A stretch of DNA of 49,992 nt. Source: Candidatus Hadarchaeota archaeon (lineage in GTDB: Archaea; Hadarchaeota; Hadarchaeia; Hadarchaeales; JAGGTB01). Positions 45,123 to 49,992 of this stretch are shown piece after piece. The stretch's first letter is position 1. Each line of letters opens with the position of its first letter. The position numbers were made by a program, and so were the translations under genes. The stretch is taken from positions 1 through 49,992 of the forward strand of contig CAYLJV010000007.1 in the NCBI GenBank assembly GCA_964384105.1, written 5' to 3'. A model generated the notes under the pieces. The model had not been told where the DNA came from. It worked only from the letters and a program-made list of their open reading frames with translations, and ran no database searches.

Positions 45123-46802
45123 TCACTTTTCAATCATATAGACGACTGCGTTGGGGCCTCCACCGGTAAAGGCTTTTTTTACTTCATATCCTTTGTTGGT
45201 AAGTTCCTTAAGAAATTCTTTTTGTTGTTCTTCTTTATGGGAGAAAGATAAAGGAAACCATATATCTATATTTTCTGGAGCATTCTCAACCACTTCAAAA
45301 AGTTGATATTTTTTGGAAACTACAAGCGTTTTGCTCATGTACACGGCTGTGGGCCCCCTCTCCGTTTCGCGAACAGCCCAATATGTTGTATTCGCTCCCG
45401 GCCAGAGCCAATAATCGGGTTCTTCTCTAGCGTAAAAATAGTAATATTGCCAGAATGTAGTTATTACGATGTCCCTCCTGTTTTTTTGTTCCGATACGTA
45501 TTCCATTTGAGTTTTGTAGTCCGAACGATGGAGTTCTGCTCTAGTAGGAGCATAAAAGGGATCTTGGAATTTTTCACCGTATTCTCTATTTGGGATTCTA
45601 AACGAGTAAACTGCATTAGAAAGAACTGATCCAAAGACAAAGATTAAAAGAATGGATAGGAAAATCACTGTTACCTTATTTTTGCTTGTGTGCCATCGGA
45701 TTATTTTTTTGAACATTTCTTTTATAGACCGGATTCCTAGAAGTCCAGCGCTGATAAAAAGGGGTATAAGATAAAAGAGATATCGATATTGGAGATGCAA
45801 ATGATAATAACCCACCATGAGCCAAGAAAAAAAAGCGAAGAAAGACAAGTAAATGGCTTCCTTCGATCTTGCCTTACCAAACTTTAAAGTTACGGGTAAA
45901 TATAAGGCGGCTAAAAGTACAAGAAGAAAAAACTTGGAGTAGAAAGCCTCCATAAAAAACTGTTCGAATTGAAACCTTGTCAAAAGTGTGGAGATAAGAG
46001 CAGGATAGCTATTGATTGCTGAGGATAGAATCTGTCCTCCGGAATGACCTGATATGTAGGCGCTAAAGGCGCTGTAGAGAGGATGAGATAGAAATGTAAA
46101 TAGGGCTATTCCCACTTTCCAGTTGTTTGAAATTTTTCTTTTCTCTCTGCCCCATAGGATAAATGATACGATTAGTATTGGAACGGAAATCAGTCCGTAT
46201 TGATGAGTTATTAAGGAGAAGAAAACCATTGATAGAGCTATGACTGTTGATTTATTAAGAAAATCTTGGTACTTTTTAAATCCACTATAGGAGAAGTAAA
46301 ATGTTCCAAGAACGAAAAACGATAATAGGGTGTACATCCTTCCCCATCTTGCGAATTCAACAGCCCAGGGAAACAGTGCCCAAGCCAACGCTCCAAAAAT
46401 TGCAATTTTCTTATCTCCGAAGTCTCTGCATATCAAGTAAATTAAAAGGATAATAAGAATGCTTCCTAAGGCGCTTGGTAATCTTACGGCTAATTCGTTA
46501 ATTCCAGTGAAGAGAGAAAAAAAGGCACCTAGATAACTTTGAGTCAGGGCTCTGGTGTAGATGATTCCACTAGGGAAAACTGGTATACCGTTTTCTAAAA
46601 TTGCTCTCATACTCATTGCATGATATACCTCGTCCTGAAACAAGCTTAGGTGACCAAGTCGATACAGTCTAAGAAAAGATCCCAGAATCACGATTCCTAA
46701 TAAAGTGCAGCTGTAAACTTTTCCCTCTTCTTTCGTCCAACGTATAAGTCGACCAAGGATTGAAATACACAGCAATTTTTGATATAAATCTGATGGTATC
46801 AT
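45123..46802 (-). CDS. GT-C (PMT/ArnT-like) membrane glycosyltransferase
   Basis: LRLYRLG..SLFQDE, AVRLPSA, ARWGRMY. Confidence 0.85.
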   Translation of the reverse strand: MIPSDLYQKLLCISILGRLIRWTKEEGKVYSCTLLGIVILGSFLRLYRLGHLSLFQDEVYHAMSMRAILENGIPVFPSGIIYTRALTQSYLGAFFSLFTGINELAVRLPSALGSILIILLIYLICRDFGDKKIAIFGALAWALFPWAVEFARWGRMYTLLSFFVLGTFYFSYSGFKKYQDFLNKSTVIALSMVFFSLITHQYGLISVPILIVSFILWGREKRKISNNWKVGIALFTFLSHPLYSAFSAYISGHSGGQILSSAINSYPALISTLLTRFQFEQFFMEAFYSKFFLLVLLAALYLPVTLKFGKARSKEAIYLSFFAFFSWLMVGYYHLHLQYRYLFYLIPLFISAGLLGIRSIKEMFKKIIRWHTSKNKVTVIFLSILLIFVFGSVLSNAVYSFRIPNREYGEKFQDPFYAPTRAELHRSDYKTQMEYVSEQKNRRDIVITTFWQYYYFYAREEPDYWLWPGANTTYWAVRETERGPTAVYMSKTLVVSKKYQLFEVVENAPENIDIWFPLSFSHKEEQQKEFLKELTNKGYEVKKAFTGGGPNAVVYMIEK

Positions 46803-46959
46803 TTTATTTAACCCATATAGTCTATCGCTTTCAGTTTTCCGATAAGGCAGTTAGATTTTTATGAAGCTAACTTCCGCAATTCCATTATTATTACTGGGCA
46901 TATTAATCTCAACTCTTTTATAAATTTGTTACTTAATCTTAAAAGCTAAATTAACCGTA

Positions 46960-48345
46960 TTATTCTAATCCTTTGAAGAAATAACCGGGTTTATAAGATG
47001 GATTATCCAATTTGCAGGTTTTTTCCTCTAATTCATAGGCATTAGTTACTTTTTCCGCTATATTTCTTTTGATTAAACCTTTCATGTTTTCTATTCCCGG
47101 TAAATCTACGAGAAGAGTTTTGCAATTAAATGCTAGACCTTCAAAGATAGCTGTTGAGGAAACGCCAACTTGATATTCACATTCTGCGAGATAGGAATAT
47201 AAATTTCTTCTATCGTTGTCAACGATTTTGAAATTTTCTAGTCTTTTTGCTTTTTTAAGTTTTTTGTATTTCTTCTTCCATATACTGTATTCTCCAGGGT
47301 GCAATTTGTAGACAATCTGAAATTTTTTAAGTCTTTTAGCTGTTTGATATGCAAGTCGGGATAAGTTCTTTCCTACAGTTCCTTGAGAAAGAAACACTAT
47401 TTTTCCCTGTTTTTTTTCAATACTCCCCAGTTTCTTTTTCATTTTTTCCAAATAAGGATAACCAAAACTGATTATCTTTTCTTTCTTTATAGGAAGTTCA
47501 GCTGTATCTTTCCAATAATCTCCAAATGAAAGAAATAAATTGGGAAAGTACTCAAGTTCTTCATCACAATTAGGAAAGCCATAAACAATATGATATGGTG
47601 AGATAACACCATGTTGAATCTCTATAACCTTTATATCGTTATCTTTTGCTGCAGCAACAAAGCTATATTTACCACTTAAACTTACTAAAAAAGATGTTTT
47701 AGGACTCCTCTTTTTTAAATACTTGTCGTAGAATCCGTATTCGTGCTTAAATTTTTTGATATATTTCGAAATTATCTCTTTAAGGTTGATTTGAATGTTA
47801 AAAAAATTTTTAATTTCCCGCTCTAAATTGTTCAACAGCTTCGATTCTTCGTCATCGAACGTTACAGTAGTGAGGATTGAATTAATTTCCCTGCTCAGGA
47901 GCAAATAGTCTAAATATCGTTTATTATCATTACGTTTACCTCTATGTTTTCCTAGATATGGTTCCTCCAGAACTTCATATGAATCATCATTGAGCGCTTC
48001 TGTTAAAAAGTTAGAGTTGATGTCAATATACTTTCCATTTACTAATCTCCTTCTCTCGTGATTGAGTAAAACTATATCTTTAGAGTAATCTTCAGTTAAT
48101 GGATTTTTTTTAATTGAGTTTAAGAGGTAATTTGGAAGAAACTTAAGATTTCCCAAATAAGAATTTTTTAGACCTGGTTGAGCATCTGCGGATAGACCAG
48201 TTTTTTGGACCACTTGATTGTATATTTTTTGTCTGGCTAGGTGCCATGCTTTTACTCCTTGTATCTCTCGGTGTAGAAGATTATAATCTGTTTCTAATTC
48301 CCACAACTTCTCATGGACATTTGTAAAATCTAATTTTTTGTTCAA
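46960..48345 (-). CDS. Putative glycosyltransferase (nonulosonyl-transferase candidate)
   Basis: EIQHG, GYPY, YKLHPGEY, SSTAIFEGL; adjacent to the neu genes. Confidence 0.6.
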   Translation of the reverse strand: MNKKLDFTNVHEKLWELETDYNLLHREIQGVKAWHLARQKIYNQVVQKTGLSADAQPGLKNSYLGNLKFLPNYLLNSIKKNPLTEDYSKDIVLLNHERRRLVNGKYIDINSNFLTEALNDDSYEVLEEPYLGKHRGKRNDNKRYLDYLLLSREINSILTTVTFDDEESKLLNNLEREIKNFFNIQINLKEIISKYIKKFKHEYGFYDKYLKKRSPKTSFLVSLSGKYSFVAAAKDNDIKVIEIQHGVISPYHIVYGFPNCDEELEYFPNLFLSFGDYWKDTAELPIKKEKIISFGYPYLEKMKKKLGSIEKKQGKIVFLSQGTVGKNLSRLAYQTAKRLKKFQIVYKLHPGEYSIWKKKYKKLKKAKRLENFKIVDNDRRNLYSYLAECEYQVGVSSTAIFEGLAFNCKTLLVDLPGIENMKGLIKRNIAEKVTNAYELEEKTCKLDNPSYKPGYFFKGLE

Positions 48346-48596
48346 GAAATAGCCCCCATTTTATTTACTGTTGATAGAATTTTGAGGTCATCCTTGATTT
48401 GTTTCGACTTTTTGTATTTAAAAGGATAATCATTTTTTTAATACCTAATAAATAGTCTGAATTAAATCTTTAAAGATAAAGAATCTACTATTAAGACACA
48501 TTTTATTATTGCCTAAGCTTTGAAAATGCGATTTCAGAAACATTTTTTTCAAAATGCTTAATTATTATCATTTTAATGTTCTAGTAAGGTGAATTT

Positions 48597-49910
48597 GTGA
48601 AACCAAATGTTTTATGGATTTTACTGGATGCTGCTAGAAAGGACCGGTTCTCATGTTATGGTTATGAAAGACATACTACTCCATTTTTAGAGAAAATTGG
48701 GAAAGAGTCTCTTATTTTTAAAAATGCTTTTGCTAATGCGCCTTGGACCTTACCTTCCATTGCTTCTATGTTTACAGGTAAATACCCATCTCAACATGGT
48801 ATGAAAAAAAGCTGGAAAAATAGATTGAGGGGAAAAACTTTACCACAAATTCTCTCAGAAAGAGGATATACTACTTTTTTGATTCATTCAAACGAGTGGG
48901 TCACACATTCTGAATTGAGAAAGGGGTTCGATAAGGTGATTACTAGAATGGATATCCGCTATCGAAACTCTTTTTTTCCGAAGGGTGATTATAGTGGTCT
49001 TGCTGGAAGGTTATATGATTATCTCAATATAGCTTCAAATGAAATTTTAAGTCGTAATATAACCGATTTGGCCCGTAAGACCTTGGAGAAAGAGTTAGAG
49101 GGTTCTATTAAACCTTTCTTTGCTTTTTACCACCTAACGACAGCCCATTTACCTTACAGGCCACCTAGAGCCTTTAGAAATTTCAGTAAAAAGAGGTTTC
49201 TCCCACCAAGGGGGTTAGACCTTTTCTTTGATATTTACTCTAATTGGAAGAAAAAAAAGCACTCCATGCAATCTAAATCTAAGAGTAATGGTTTTACGAA
49301 GAAGGAGCTGGTCCTTCTGAGAGACTTATATGATGATTGTCTATTTTTTTTGGATTATCAGATAAAGAGAATCTTTCAATGGCTAAGAGATAAAGAACTT
49401 TTGAAGGATACAGTGATTATAATATCTTCTGATCATGGTGAAATGCTTGGAGAAAACGGGGTGTTAGGACATAATTACAGTCTAGCTGAACCCCTATTAC
49501 AAGTTCCCCTGTTAGTTTATGGAGTGAATACAGAGCAAAATAAGATTGAAGAGTTGTTCGAAATGAAAAATATGTTCCAAATGATTCTAAGAATTGCCGG
49601 ATCAAGAAATAGGGAGAGAATATATGAAAAATCAGAGTATATTTTCGGAGAATATTATCCTTCTTCGATAATAGAGAGATCGGTTAGGAAGTTTAATCCA
49701 TACATGTATAAAGGGGCTAAGTATTTGAGGACCAAAAATGCGAAGTATTTGAAATATGATTTGGGTTTGGAAAAAACTATGATAGTTGACGGATTAAGAG
49801 AAGTTGAATTACAAAATGAGGAAGTTAGAGATAATCTGGCAAGACTGATGAAAATTAAGTTGAAGGAATTAGAGCGATCAAATGTAAGAGAAATTCTTTC
49901 AGAATTTTAG
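48597..49910 (+). CDS. Sulfatase/alkaline-phosphatase superfamily protein
   Basis: LLDAAR, PWTLPSIASMFTGKYP, HLPY, SDHGE, GH. Confidence 0.88.
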   Translation: MKPNVLWILLDAARKDRFSCYGYERHTTPFLEKIGKESLIFKNAFANAPWTLPSIASMFTGKYPSQHGMKKSWKNRLRGKTLPQILSERGYTTFLIHSNEWVTHSELRKGFDKVITRMDIRYRNSFFPKGDYSGLAGRLYDYLNIASNEILSRNITDLARKTLEKELEGSIKPFFAFYHLTTAHLPYRPPRAFRNFSKKRFLPPRGLDLFFDIYSNWKKKKHSMQSKSKSNGFTKKELVLLRDLYDDCLFFLDYQIKRIFQWLRDKELLKDTVIIISSDHGEMLGENGVLGHNYSLAEPLLQVPLLVYGVNTEQNKIEELFEMKNMFQMILRIAGSRNRERIYEKSEYIFGEYYPSSIIERSVRKFNPYMYKGAKYLRTKNAKYLKYDLGLEKTMIVDGLREVELQNEEVRDNLARLMKIKLKELERSNVREILSEF

Positions 49911-49992
49911 ATTCGATATCTTCCTTTGTAGTTAGAAGTGCTGTGTTGCGTAAAGGCTATATTTCTCTTGTCGGATAGGTATGTTTAGTTTT

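Noticed and set aside
1-49992. CRISPR array, rRNA, tRNA, transposase or integrase
   Set aside because: I saw no regularly spaced repeat-spacer run and no recognisable RNA gene or recombinase motif; a covariance-model scan was not possible

Overview
Archaeal, AT-rich accessory region. It carries HMf-type histones, GAGGTG/GGTGA ribosome-binding sites and archaeal REC-PAS-kinases, and resembles MSBL1/Thermoplasmatota-like brine archaea (taxonomy is inference only). Layout: (1) 1-10.3 kb, a dense, partly decayed toxin-antitoxin (TA) mosaic (MNT-HEPN, RelBE, PIN/VapBC, AbiE, DUF6516), with an MscS gene and a histone; (2) 10.8-16.9 kb, nucleotide-sugar enzymes and a surface protein; (3) 17-27.2 kb, four PAS histidine-kinase loci (intact, deleted, His-less, receiver-Asp-less) and two unannotated zinc-finger microproteins; (4) 27.3-35 kb, a second TA mosaic with a second histone that has an ACG start; (5) 35.2-50 kb, a LamG surface protein and a legionaminic-acid-like/glycan cluster with a formyltransferase. 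Top observation: at least seven 28-bp sites with an 11-6-11 dif-like design (best copy ATTTTTTGTTA-CACCCA-TAACAAAAAAT) sit at boundaries between TA/accessory modules. This suggests an archaeal Xer/dif-module cassette array. No recombinase gene is visible in the window. All family calls come from motif recognition by eye, not from database searches.
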